Assembly: GCA_032718475.1 (NCBI GenBank)
Contig: JAUCBJ010003895.1
Location: 1 to 47,366 of the forward strand
Direction: 5' to 3'
DNA from: Nemertoderma westbladi
Taxonomy: Eukaryota; Animalia; Xenacoelomorpha
Length of the DNA: 47,366 nucleotides
In this document: piece by piece, positions 11,501 through 20,224 of the stretch
Layout: each line of letters starts with the position of its first letter
Position numbering within the stretch: position 1 is the stretch's first letter
The notes under the pieces: generated by a model
Seen by the model: only the letters and a program-made list of their open reading frames with translations
Told to the model about the DNA's origin: nothing
Databases searched by the model: none
Program-made: the position numbers and the translations under genes

Positions 11501-13837
11501 ACTTACCTGCTCCGCGTCGGTCCTTCTTTCCTTATAGTTTCGGGACTTCTGACGTCTCATTTCTTCCTCTTCATCGCTTGACTCAGTGTCAGTCCTTAGC
11601 GCTCGCGATGGTTTGCGCGCCGAGGCCCTGACCCAAGCCTCCTCAATAAATTTCTCGGCTGAATTTTCGAAATTGGGATTATGGATATTCGGGACAGGCG
11701 TCCTTACCTGAGGTCTATGTGGTATAGTCTCCTCCGATATGCGTACTCGTTGACTAGGCTGGACTTTATCTAATTCAGGCCTGCTAGGATTAGAATTACT
11801 TCTTACCTGGGCTGCTTCCTTTAACCGTAGGTTGCTAAGCATGTCCGTTATAGGTTGGATGTGCGGCGATATAGCTTGCGCTAAACTAGCACTTAACTCA
11901 TCCCTCGTAATAAATTCCTGGCTAGGGTTCTGTTGTATAGTCGGCTCTATCTGAGTAATCCGCTGTCTCTCATATGATCCCTCTTCCGGTTTAACCCGGA
12001 AGTTCTCCGTCGAACTGGGTCGGCGCTCCGTCCGCGTATTCCAAACCCGCGGGTTCGGTTCGCCAAGTACTCGTCCCGTCGGAGTTTCTCTAAACTCTTC
12101 ATCGTCGTGTTCGGTGTGTAGTGGTGCGATGTTCTGATGACGTGGATTCTGCGCGATGGGTGAAGCACTAATACCAACTGGCGTGCGATATGTAGAGAAC
12201 GGTTTAGCGATCCGTGTACTCGTAATAGCTGGACCGGGTATAGGAATTCTGGTCGTCGTCGACTCGCGTATAGTCGGAGTTCTCGCTTCCTGTTCGGCCT
12301 TCTGCAGTGCGAACAGTTCTCGTAACTCTGTCCCTACACTCGCCCCACATTCTTCGATCATTCGCATCCCCTTCTCGGCGATTTCGTTCGCCTTCCTAGT
12401 CCGTTCTTCGCTCTCTAAACTTAATCTCGCACTTTCCAACTGCGCCAGTTTACGTTCTTCTTCTTCCCTCGCTCGTCTCGCTGCGCTCTCTTCTTCCACA
12501 CGCGCTTTTTCTTCATACAACGCTTGTCGCTCCTTCTCGATCTCGAGTTCGCGTTCCTTACGTTCGCGTTCAAGTTGGAATTCGCGTTTCTTCGCTTCCC
12601 GTTCGCGTTCAAGTTGGAGTTCGCGTTCTTTCTGTTCGCGTTCAAGTTGGAGTTCGCGTTCCTTCTGTTCGCGTTCCGCTTGCTCACGCTTACCTTTCTC
12701 TTCCAACTCCCGCAACTTTGCGTCTAACTTACGTGTTCGCTCCCTTTCTCGTTCGGCTTCCTTCCGTGTTTCCGATGCACGCAAAACTTCCGCCTGTTGT
12801 TCGTCCAGTCGGCGTCTTCTCTCCTCCGCCGAGTTGTGAGAAACAAGGGATCTAGCACATATAACCTTCCCTCGCGCGTGACTAACCTGGGAATCGCCAC
12901 TGTCTCTAGATGCGTCGTCGGGTGGAGTCAACGTCCTCTGTTGGATGTTCTCCGTCGTCGGTAGCACCTGGCCTGGTACCACCACTCCATTCTGCATCAG
13001 CCAGCTAGTAACTTCCCTCTGATAACGGCGCTCCTCTTTATCTTGGATCTCTTCTCGCTCCACTAAGTCTCTCAACTCTGCGTCACTCACCTGAGTCGCC
13101 TGCGCTTGTGATGCCCATAGCAGCCAGTTCTCCGTCCTAACTCGTCGGAATCGCTCCGATAACTCGCGGTGCTCCAACAAGGCTGCTAAAACCCTGTCGT
13201 AAATCCTCGTCGCCACGTCGCTCGACTGAGACTCTACTGCCTTCTTCGCTAGGACTGCAAGCTCCTCCGTCTGCTTGAATAACGCTGAGTTATATCCTCT
13301 TCTAACCTCTACTAACTCTACCCTCCCGATGTTCGCTGAGTCAGCCAACATCTTCCTTACCTTGTCCGTCGTCCGGGTTATATGTCCGGCATGCGCGCGA
13401 AGTTTCTTCTTTATCGCAATATCAAGTTCTCTCTCGCTTACCTGACTCACACTCGGTGGACTTGAAGGATTATTTCGGGAACTACGGGTACTCCTAACAG
13501 CCGCTGGGACCACGGCACTTACCATACCCACAGGTCTGGAAACCGGGCTCCGGGCTCTCGCTTCTGCTACACTACCCTCCCTATCACTCACCTCTGTCCG
13601 GGCTGCTGTGCGGTCCTTCCTTAAAGTAGTGGTAGGGGATCCTAATACTATTACCTGAGGTAGTTCTTCTTCCTCACTAGTCACTGTCTCGTCCTCCTGT
13701 TCACTTACGTCAGCGTCGCTCGCTGCGTCGTCATAGTCGGCATTGTCGTCAACAGTAATATTTACGCTATCGTCTGTCGGCGGTCCGGCCGCCGTCTCAT
13801 AGCTGTCCTCTAGTGCCTCTTTGTCTGAGACACTCAT
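5537..13837 (-). CDS. BEL/Pao Gag-Pol polyprotein (Gag, three Zn knuckles, protease, RT, RNase H, integrase), 2766 aa
   Basis: Knuckles CQYC...H...C, CWACLAPGHVRRQC and CVECGRLHHKLLH; protease LDTAS; RT DIEAMFHQV, FGARDSP, FYMDD; RNase H FSDAS, RAELQAA, YWMDAS, NPADITSRG; integrase HAG...CLVC, GVDCFGP, SDKGTNF, GGSWERLV; order PR-RT-RH-IN; no stops. Confidence 0.97.
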   Translation of the reverse strand: MSVSDKEALEDSYETAAGPPTDDSVNITVDDNADYDDAASDADVSEQEDETVTSEEEELPQVIVLGSPTTTLRKDRTAARTEVSDREGSVAEARARSPVSRPVGMVSAVVPAAVRSTRSSRNNPSSPPSVSQVSERELDIAIKKKLRAHAGHITRTTDKVRKMLADSANIGRVELVEVRRGYNSALFKQTEELAVLAKKAVESQSSDVATRIYDRVLAALLEHRELSERFRRVRTENWLLWASQAQATQVSDAELRDLVEREEIQDKEERRYQREVTSWLMQNGVVVPGQVLPTTENIQQRTLTPPDDASRDSGDSQVSHARGKVICARSLVSHNSAEERRRRLDEQQAEVLRASETRKEAERERERTRKLDAKLRELEEKGKREQAEREQKERELQLEREQKERELQLEREREAKKREFQLERERKERELEIEKERQALYEEKARVEEESAARRAREEEERKLAQLESARLSLESEERTRKANEIAEKGMRMIEECGASVGTELRELFALQKAEQEARTPTIRESTTTRIPIPGPAITSTRIAKPFSTYRTPVGISASPIAQNPRHQNIAPLHTEHDDEEFRETPTGRVLGEPNPRVWNTRTERRPSSTENFRVKPEEGSYERQRITQIEPTIQQNPSQEFITRDELSASLAQAISPHIQPITDMLSNLRLKEAAQVRSNSNPSRPELDKVQPSQRVRISEETIPHRPQVRTPVPNIHNPNFENSAEKFIEEAWVRASARKPSRALRTDTESSDEEEEMRRQKSRNYKERRTDAEQVSWNHRERTRLNNPAELNHLLTRNDATLRDIGKFAARQGLPTQQPQKFMGNHKHWRTFKTYVDEQLTNSTFTPNEKFNYLLQMLHREPRAIADNFVGNERAFELAMKTLSDIYGNKTKMAQSIVEDLGKGGRITTPLELLNLANAISNALDILRTVNLPHHGDHAEVLKSVIRRLNMRYRQKWRKLENKLEGQGKVLTLQHIHDMIATDAVAEMKSNFSEENMRESKPVTGKSMVSFDDDRTTVTFNSVDRYNSSTPAFRSDSRVWSGERLDRPRLKQQELPDGFVGCQYCLLKEVRSDDHKLDSCRRFKELNSEQRRVQVRTLDTCWACLAPGHVRRQCPNSKDGCVECGRLHHKLLHADFHTPTDRYLQRNPHRKGSKEPISIRRNTYTGIQDDGYQPGSSDEDGESSAREVTCQGFTADSSSTSARTYLSSATSEIFSVIPVKLTGDKGSKRIYVMLDTASTLSYIDEEVARAVSSFQNAEEIQIELKSMHGVGDLKGHRISVELDSLLPRDQHTRQERKALPLDGFKCLAMKGFGRQLGKVPPMSPIAQEYFDKLRIPRHQVGYRNVSMLIGAEQLIAHQIWETRPAEPHVNGPHAHRTILGWYTRVPMSYEFTGGDKPMDRYDELQPITQPPLVEPPDIDEFRRTCIDHYSDFSESDEELIPDNVRLSEPLHNDRTDSEPEDYCYQTRGSGSAAHATYLSNVLTYTDIVEGQVAKYRDLDIFQYSEEELQKELIRQDLETGARTVEWLDRDAMEPGGYDLAMSTDEKRSLEMMEDTIRLLPTGHFEVGMLWRRQPPKLENNYNLALKRLNGVRARLLKNPDIREKYCAQINNYFAKGFAGKVEDPDLVTDQTYYLPHHYVTHPDKPDKVRVVNDCAAVYRGMSLNSELMDGPNLNNYLIGILLRFRQRRFAFTCDIEAMFHQVRACKADQDSLRFLWFENEDLSGPVVTYQMYVRIFGARDSPNGTLFVLKKTATAQIGKYPVEVIESILRNFYMDDGLVSKDTAEQAIEVAHGLQECLATGGFPLTKFTTNSEALLESFPVKDRGSGDIELGVEPIPMARVLGLAWNPNSDKFQVRVRFEPSSPDKVLTKRICLSTLSRLFDPMNFISPVILQARACMRKIWLSDLEWDEPISPIHAKQWREWEAELHLLKNIDVPRSYFPNQLVFPADLELHLFSDASDTGFGMVAYLRREVSQDKFETAFVTSRSKTMPVKYMTVPRAELQAAVVSVEVSKQIIEELDTTLTLFYWMDASLVLVYIAADNIALKTFVANRRAQIVDFSTKEQWRHCPGVLNPADITSRGAMPAEFCQEESQEFWLHGPDFLTRTQEHWPERLKIVTNPMPEDAEVKVEKVSKSKSKAKLKSLERPEESLERPEESLERPGDLSDQQTYVTTRSGRVSYDIKPPLQTKPESQLVSDGQKMTDKMDPLVSKPAGLDSKLPLVSGQPSLALESCSIYDKLLNSSASWLTICKGTAWLSRYILYLCLKHSKHLREPLSTNSERIRKLKQPLTEDEIDQAELKHLKHYQMCAFPKEFHLLSAQRPVLYKPLRKWSPLIHKGLICHRSRIQTVDINSQFRFPVIIPSHPIELQRAILWDIHKRLHHAGRLHCLSAARQRFILLQPSRAVGTMYDACLVCKRVNTRVLEQEMAELPEARVQAYDPPFTNTGVDCFGPIEAKSGRLTHKRWGLLLTCMASRAIHIERVADMSTKSLLLALKRFMARRGLVKAFYSDKGTNFVGGNSELNAAHKAAQNKEISAALLPQRVEWRFNTPESPWRGGSWERLVRSVKQAIAKTLPVNKQLTDDELVTAFIEIEHTLNSRPIAMLPDGVALTPNHLLMQSPAFLVPASEPVSADLYSRKSWKVTQLVAYTFWEYWREYYLPTISTRTKWYKTVRSLQRGDYVLITEPIVKRKYWETGVILHTHPDVQNIVRTVTVKIRCKCPHPKKCKTNGLHTLDRPVQDIVLLEETRIETGDYSLSPASKQN
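12545..12675 (-). repeat. 33-bp coding tandem repeat (EREQKERELQL) in the Gag N-terminal coiled coil
   Basis: TTCGCGTTCAAGTTGGAGTTCGCGTT recurs in the DNA and the peptide repeats in the translation. Confidence 0.85.
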
Positions 13838-14938
13838 AGTCTAAATGATGTTTGCCTTCCGGCAAAAATCTCGCAAAAGTTCGAGATATAATTATAATTT
13901 AACCGAAATACGGTCAAATTATTTGTCAAATAATCAGTTGGTCCAAATGTCAAATAAATTCGCAATGCAATATTGTGAATTTAATGGGGTATATAGTTAT
14001 AGCAAATACTAACACAATATTTAAACAAAATATTATTATATAGCTACTATATAGTATTAAATACCGGTATAGCACAAAATAACTTTTGAATCTAATACAA
14101 AATATTCAAAATATACTTGCCGCCCGAATATTTCTAATTTTATATATATATAGCTCTAATCAACGTAATTTTAATTTCAAATATTATATGTATCCACTAG
14201 CGCGTGGCTACATCTTCGGGTTGCGACTCTCTCTAACTCTCTCTCTAACTTGAGCGATTCAAAAAACCATGGCCGGCTAAACCTAAATATCCTAACTAAT
14301 AAATTGAGTTCAGCTTCGCAGTTAAACAACCGATAATTTTTTACTGCTTCCACAAACACACTGGTGCCAACAGAACAACTAACCTTGTTTGCTGTGAGAT
14401 TCCACGTCCGCGTCCAAAGATTCAGTCCCTTCGCTGATTGCAAACCGAACCCGCAGACCCACACGAACCCCAAACTCAGAAGTTCCGTCTTGCCATGTAT
14501 CTCCAGATGGTATAAAATAACTAAACGGTTACCTAACATACCGGTACAAAACTCTAGAATTTTACAAATAATTTTGACCGAAAACTGAATTCTCGCAAAC
14601 CTAGCTAAAATTTTCAAAAACTTACTAATTACAATTTGCCCTAAGGCCTAAGGAACTGCTGTATTCGCAATTAGCAAAAACGCACTACCGTACATTCACT
14701 GTATGCAGTACAGTAAGTAAAACAGTACACCAACCTAACAGCCTAATGATACTGTGTGTGTGGTACGGCAAAACAAATGTCCCTTCTACCGTACGCAGTA
14801 ACAACAATCAGCCTAATGTACTACTGTACTATTGTACGCAGCCAGTGAATACAGTAATCTAAACTAACAGCCTAAAAGAATATACTCAATGTTCTACTGT
14901 ACGCTACAGCCTACAGCAAACAATAACACATACCTTAC

Positions 14939-17057
14939 TGTTAAACAACCGCGACACCTATACTAACAGCAGAACTGTTGAACAGACCAATACCCGTTAA
15001 TATCCTTCTGCCAACCTAATAAGTTCTCGTCTAACCAATAAGACACAAAGACTGCTCTACTGTTAAGTAAAGGGGATCAGGAGCGTGCTATTACTAAATT
15101 GTAAGGGTTGCTAAATACAAAACCGCTACTTACCGTTGGATGGCGCTAATCTGCCGTCCGCTAATATATTTTACTAAATTTACACAACTCCTGCAAAATC
15201 GCTTGTTCCTTTCTCTACCGATCGCTCGATAGAGAGCTAACTGTTCGAATCTATAAGCCACGCGGGAATAACCAAAACAATAAACCCGAGTCGGCTCCCT
15301 AAGCTTACTTAAGACGAGTACGAGGGGCTTTGCACTCAGAGTATATTCTTACGCCTAATTTTACTACTGAAATACGCTAATGCCTACGTCTTTTCTAATC
15401 GCGAATACTGAGGGTTCCCTAACGAAATGTGTGAATGCGAGAATATTTAAATAAATCAAAATTGGTACAGTACAATGTCTTTCGTAGGTGTTACCGCTCT
15501 GGGTCTAAACTTGCCTGCAGCTGGCTTTAGGCCAGCAACTTACTAGTGTCTTGCGTACTAACTATTGCGATCTAGTTTATTGCCCGCTAATGCAAATAAC
15601 CGCTTAGCGTGAATAGTTTACGGTACTCTAAATTATTACCTTAGCTACTCTCCGCTATGCTGCGTACTAATTCTTAATTTTACTAATTAATTACAGTCAC
15701 AAATATGTAACAGCCTAAAATACTGTATTACTTTGACCTAATCAGTAATTATTTACGGTAAACTAAGAGATAGAATCAATCAAAGGGAAAAGAGCGCCTA
15801 TCTAAGCATTCGTAATCATAGGCACACTTTAGTAACACACCAATCAGCGTCAGCAATCACAGATCACAATAGCACGACTTGCAATTATACAATCTGCAAT
15901 TATATAATTCGCAACTTACTTACGTACTTACCCACTTACTTACTGTAAGGTATGCAGGCCCCTCCCGGGTACATCTAGGCTTCCTAACTAACCCAATTCC
16001 TGCCCCCTAATACTAAATAGAGACAAAACCTTGGATCATCAGCCCCCTAATTACTGTACCGGCGAGCGGTCTCCAACCCACAGTCCAAACTGCCCGACCG
16101 CAACGTTGACCCCCGCCAGCGTTGCCCGCTTTTGAATCCTCCGCTCTCCCTTAGTCGCCCAACCCCCCGATGTGCCCACCGCCCACTGGCGCCTTAGCCC
16201 TCCATTATGCTAATAGCTACCGTAGCGGCGCATGCAAATCACAAAGTCTGACAGTCTCAGAAATCCCTTAGGATTATTGCGCAGAAAGGAATCACGTAGA
16301 ACCATTAATCAAAAGGTAGAAATCATAGTTCAGTTGTAATTAGCAGTAATCGACAGGAATTAATTGAGAAACACAAGCAAGAATAATCGCACTCGAATTA
16401 TTTTAAGAAACTAATCAAAATTAGCAAATTGCAGAAAATCAGTCAAAAAATACATAGGGACAGCTCAGCAAGTACAACAGCAATAAGTGGGGTGTCACAT
16501 GGGGTTCTACCGGCACGCCGTCAATTTATAGGTGATCCGAGTGGGATGATGCAATAGGGTGACTCAATCGCTCTCCTATTGGCTCTCCAGTCCGTGCTAG
16601 CACTAGACCAACCTGGAAGCAGCTAGTCCAATAAGGAGGCCGGATTGTAGCCCTATTCCCTCAAATTATTACCATATATGGTAATGGTTCACGTCTCTGG
16701 CTGCTGAATGGCCAGGACAGCGTCCCTATATGCTAGCCCTACTAAAGCTAATATCAGCAAGCACGGAATCCAGGGTCCGAATAAACTTACCCTGGAACTA
16801 TCTACATATAACCTAATACAAAATTACGTAGGTAGAGCTACATACTATACAAAATGAATGGATGCAAAATATATGGGCGTTTTAACTTCCTTACCTAAAT
16901 ACCACTGCGTTATTATGCCTTATCTAAAATATCATGCTGCACAATGGACTAATATTACGTACAGTATAACGGACTAATATTGCATACTGCATAACGGACT
17001 AATACTGCATACAGTATAACGACTAATAATGTGGATACAGCGCCATATACCGTAACA
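14939..17057 (-). repeat. 5' LTR of the BEL element (2119 bp)
   Basis: Direct repeat of 721..2839 at offset 14218; contains about 26-bp internal repeats (ACGGACTAATATTGCATAC) near 16945..17035. Confidence 0.97.
16525..16585 (-). promoter_or_regulatory. Candidate LTR promoter (CCAAT box and TATAAA)
   Basis: Minus strand AGCCAATAGG near 16584..16575 and TATAAA at 16530..16525; motif match only. Confidence 0.45.
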
Positions 17058-19634
17058 CATTAGTCGTAATTTTTTCTTATCATTAAAAATCTTGCCTTGC
17101 AAGGATTCGAAATATGTAACAATATCTGAATTTGGTTGAGAAACAGGAGATATAGGCGTTCAAAGATTGCAATAATTATCGTTCGCTATATGCCATTTAT
17201 TGTATTTAATAAATACACGATGTTCTGGAACATTTTGTTTAAGTATGAATAGCTACGCAATAGATATATTGGATAGGAATACCGCTGTTGCCAACCAACT
17301 TATAAAATAAATAACACATTCTAGAATTTTGTGTATTTATTTAATATAATAAATGGCCTGCAGCGAACGATAATTCTTGGAATCTTTGAACGCCTATATT
17401 TCAGCTGTTTCTCAACGAAATTCAGATATTGTTACATATTTGGAATCCTTGCAACGCGAGCTTTTTAATGTAATGAAAAAATTACGACTAATGCGAAGAA
17501 TGGCCACGATGCAAAGGGTGCGATTTCGCAAAATACATTTTTTTTAAACGCTTATAAAAAAAATGTCATGGCATATCGAAAATTCCGGCTTCATGGGGTC
17601 ATCGACGGTGAAGAAGCTCCATTGGAGGAGGACAGTCCTGACACCAACAGTAGTCAAAGTACAGATGAGATCGCTACTGTAGCTTCAGATGCTGTCCATA
17701 CGGCTGATGCTAATGATCACACTCTTGACCCATTATTAATTATCCCCAGTGGTTTGCTGACACAGGTACTGGCAGCTATAGATGAACATCTAGCGGATCT
17801 GTCCCATACAGGAGGACGCTCCAGTCAGTTAGACTATGCCGACTATTCGATGGAAGAGTTGGAGAGTTTGGTAGAGATTCAATACAGTTTTCCCAGCCTG
17901 GAACTGCCTTTAAGGATGACAGAGGCTCCTGGAGTGACCTTCATCAACTGAAGGTATCGAAGGACACCAATGATCCTGCCGTTTGGAAACATTCAGCATC
18001 AGGATACGTCCAATGATTCTTCAACTCAATGGGGAGACTAGAGACCCAACTGCTTAGAGGGCACCTCAACCAAGAAGAACAAAGTCAGTTGTTGTACCAG
18101 GTACGGGAACGCATAGTGCGAATTCGGCTGATTTTGCCAGCTTTCGAGGAAGCGTCAATTCTAATCCAAGATACATACGTCTTTGCAAGTAGCCGAAATG
18201 CAAAAATTTAGAACAATTTTTTGTCACGTATGGGAAATTTATAAATATTTTTTTCGTACTTTATGTCCATATTCTTGTAAATTTGAAGTAACAGTCGTTT
18301 ACTGGTGGTATTGAAGTATCCGGCAAGAGATATCACATCGAAGTGGAAAGTTTTATAGTGAGAAAAAAATTAAAAATTCTGTCACGGATAAGACATTTTT
18401 AATACAGTGAAAACATAAATTTTCACTTTGTTGGAAACTTGGCCGTGAAAAGTGGGGCTAAATATTTTTTGTCCCCCTTAATAACAATGTGATATCAACA
18501 CTGTTGCATATGGTCAACTGAAAATCGTTATTTTATATCAAAGAATTAATTTGAAAATGTAAATAGACAGTTTTTGATGTCATGTATGGGACATATTGAA
18601 ATGGTATAGAAAGGAAATTACATGGAAACTATTATTATAAATTTTTGACATTTATTTTCCAATTAAAAACAAATCATAAAATTCTTCAAACAACTCCTTC
18701 GTACTAGAATTTAAATCCAGTTTATCGTCCTTCCTACTGCCAACACCTGCTCCATTCCCAACTTCCATCCCACTCTCAACTACTGTCCCAATCTCAAAAC
18801 CCTTTACGCAAATTGTTATTTTAGTATTAAGTTAATTTGGTCTGTTGTCATAATTAAGGGGAAGTAGCAGGTTTCAGATTATCTGTGACTAGTAAGCCCC
18901 CCAACCATTAATTAAACGTCAGTATTAATTTTATAGACCATGATTAACTTCTGCCCCCAACACAATGTCAAGGGATATGATAGTTTTTTCAACCTGGCCA
19001 AATAAATGTTTAGGTAGCAGTCTCACTGATACAACCCATTCATGGCAAAACTATCTGAGAAATGGATGTGGTGATCTTAATCTTTATGAGTTCGCTTTGT
19101 TCACAGGAATTATACTTAGCAGGAAAATTAATCGTTTAGCACCTGAATTGTAATTTTAACGGCCAAAATTAGCCCGTAATCACAATAACAAAATTTGAAA
19201 AACGTCCCGTAAGTGACGATTTTTTTTAATTCGTTGTAGCTTTTTCTATAACAAACTGTGGTTGGAGTGTATCACGGCAGGAGGAGACCAATTACAGTGT
19301 ATGTGGCGATCAAATTATCAAATCCAACCGACCATTCATTCTCGAAAGATTTACATTGTTGTATATTGTTTGTCCCGTACGTTTTCCATTATTATTATTA
19401 TTATTTGTAATTTAATTCGGACATGGCGACATTGGTAAAAATTCAGGTGCCAGAACTAATTAAAATAGACAGACAATCACAAGTTAAAATTCAAACAAGA
19501 CAAAGATGTTAAATAAAGTTTTGTACAATAACAGTGGAAGAGTCATGGTAGCTTGCGGTGTGAGTCATCTACTTAACTTGGTCAATATGATTGGCATTGA
19601 CCCATATTAATGTATTTGGCAGGTAACACATTAA

Positions 19635-19728
19635 GCCCAACACAAGAGTTATCCTGCACAAAGGCCCAACACAAGAGTTATCCTGCACGAAGGCCCAACA
19701 CAAGAGTTATCCTGCACAAAGGCCCAAC
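19635..19728. repeat. 29-bp tandem repeat, 3.2 copies
   Basis: GCCCAACACAAGAGTTATCCTGCACAAAG at 19635, 19664, 19693, partial at 19722; no spacers. Confidence 0.95.
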
Positions 19729-20224
19729 TCGTGTATTTGGGTCCAACTAAATTTAAGTTAGGGTTTTTTTTATGCATTATGTGAGCGGGTTAATGCCAGT
19801 CAGTAATTCCCCTACTATAATATTAATTATAACTATTACTGTGTAACTGTATTAACGGCTTATAGTTTCATCACGTGCTTTATAGCGATTTGGAGCCAAA
19901 ACACAAAAAATTACCCTCCTGTACTGTTGTATAGGTAATACACGTTCATTACTACAATACAGTAGCATAACAAATATCTTGGCATTATTATATATCAGAA
20001 TAAAGAAATATTCTGACACTTATTCATCCTAATTGGTTTATTTATTGGTATAAAAGTTTATCCTGATTAACTTACGACACATTCTGTAAATGTAAGTAGC
20101 GAAACAAATGTATTACATATGAAATTATATTTAACTCCCTAAAAATTCTCGAAATCAACCGAAATCTCAAAAAGTAACAAACTTTACTTGTAGCTTTGTT
20201 ATCCAATCCATCAATTAACTGAAC

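Larger units (their letters stand above)
721..17057 (-). mobile_element. Full-length BEL/Pao (Belpaoviridae) LTR retrotransposon, 16,337 bp
   Basis: Two 2119-bp direct repeats with TGTTA...TAACA termini; 5-bp TSD CATTA (716..720 and 17058..17062); single gag-pol ORF with BEL motifs; homologous empty site TTCTTCACAATAGTCGT at about 21651..21667. Confidence 0.97.
607..17610. mobile_element. Foldback MITE with about 290-bp inverted arms, split by the BEL insertion (parts 607..720 and 17063..17610)
   Basis: TGACCCCATGAAGCCGGAATTTTCGAT (607) is the reverse complement of ATCGAAAATTCCGGCTTCATGGGGTCA (ends 17601); an uninterrupted left arm lies at 21541..21812. Confidence 0.85.

Noticed and set aside
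12156-12839. 227-aa plus-strand ORF and other short ORFs within 5537..13837
   Set aside because: Antisense shadows of the Glu/Arg-rich gag-pol frame.
14360-14372. TGGCACCAG on the minus strand as a displaced PBS
   Set aside because: About 570 nt from the LTR end, and I cannot extend it to any tRNA 3' end I know.
14177-14617. 146-aa ORF in the BEL leader
   Set aside because: TTG start, no recognisable motif and composition like the surrounding UTR.
18220-19385. Recurring TGTCACGTATGGGA-like motifs, with inverted copies near 19203 and 19372
   Set aside because: Probably subterminal motifs of a decayed DNA transposon, but ends and TSD could not be defined.
19635-19728. 29-bp repeats as a mini-CRISPR
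   Set aside because: No spacers; simple tandem duplication.
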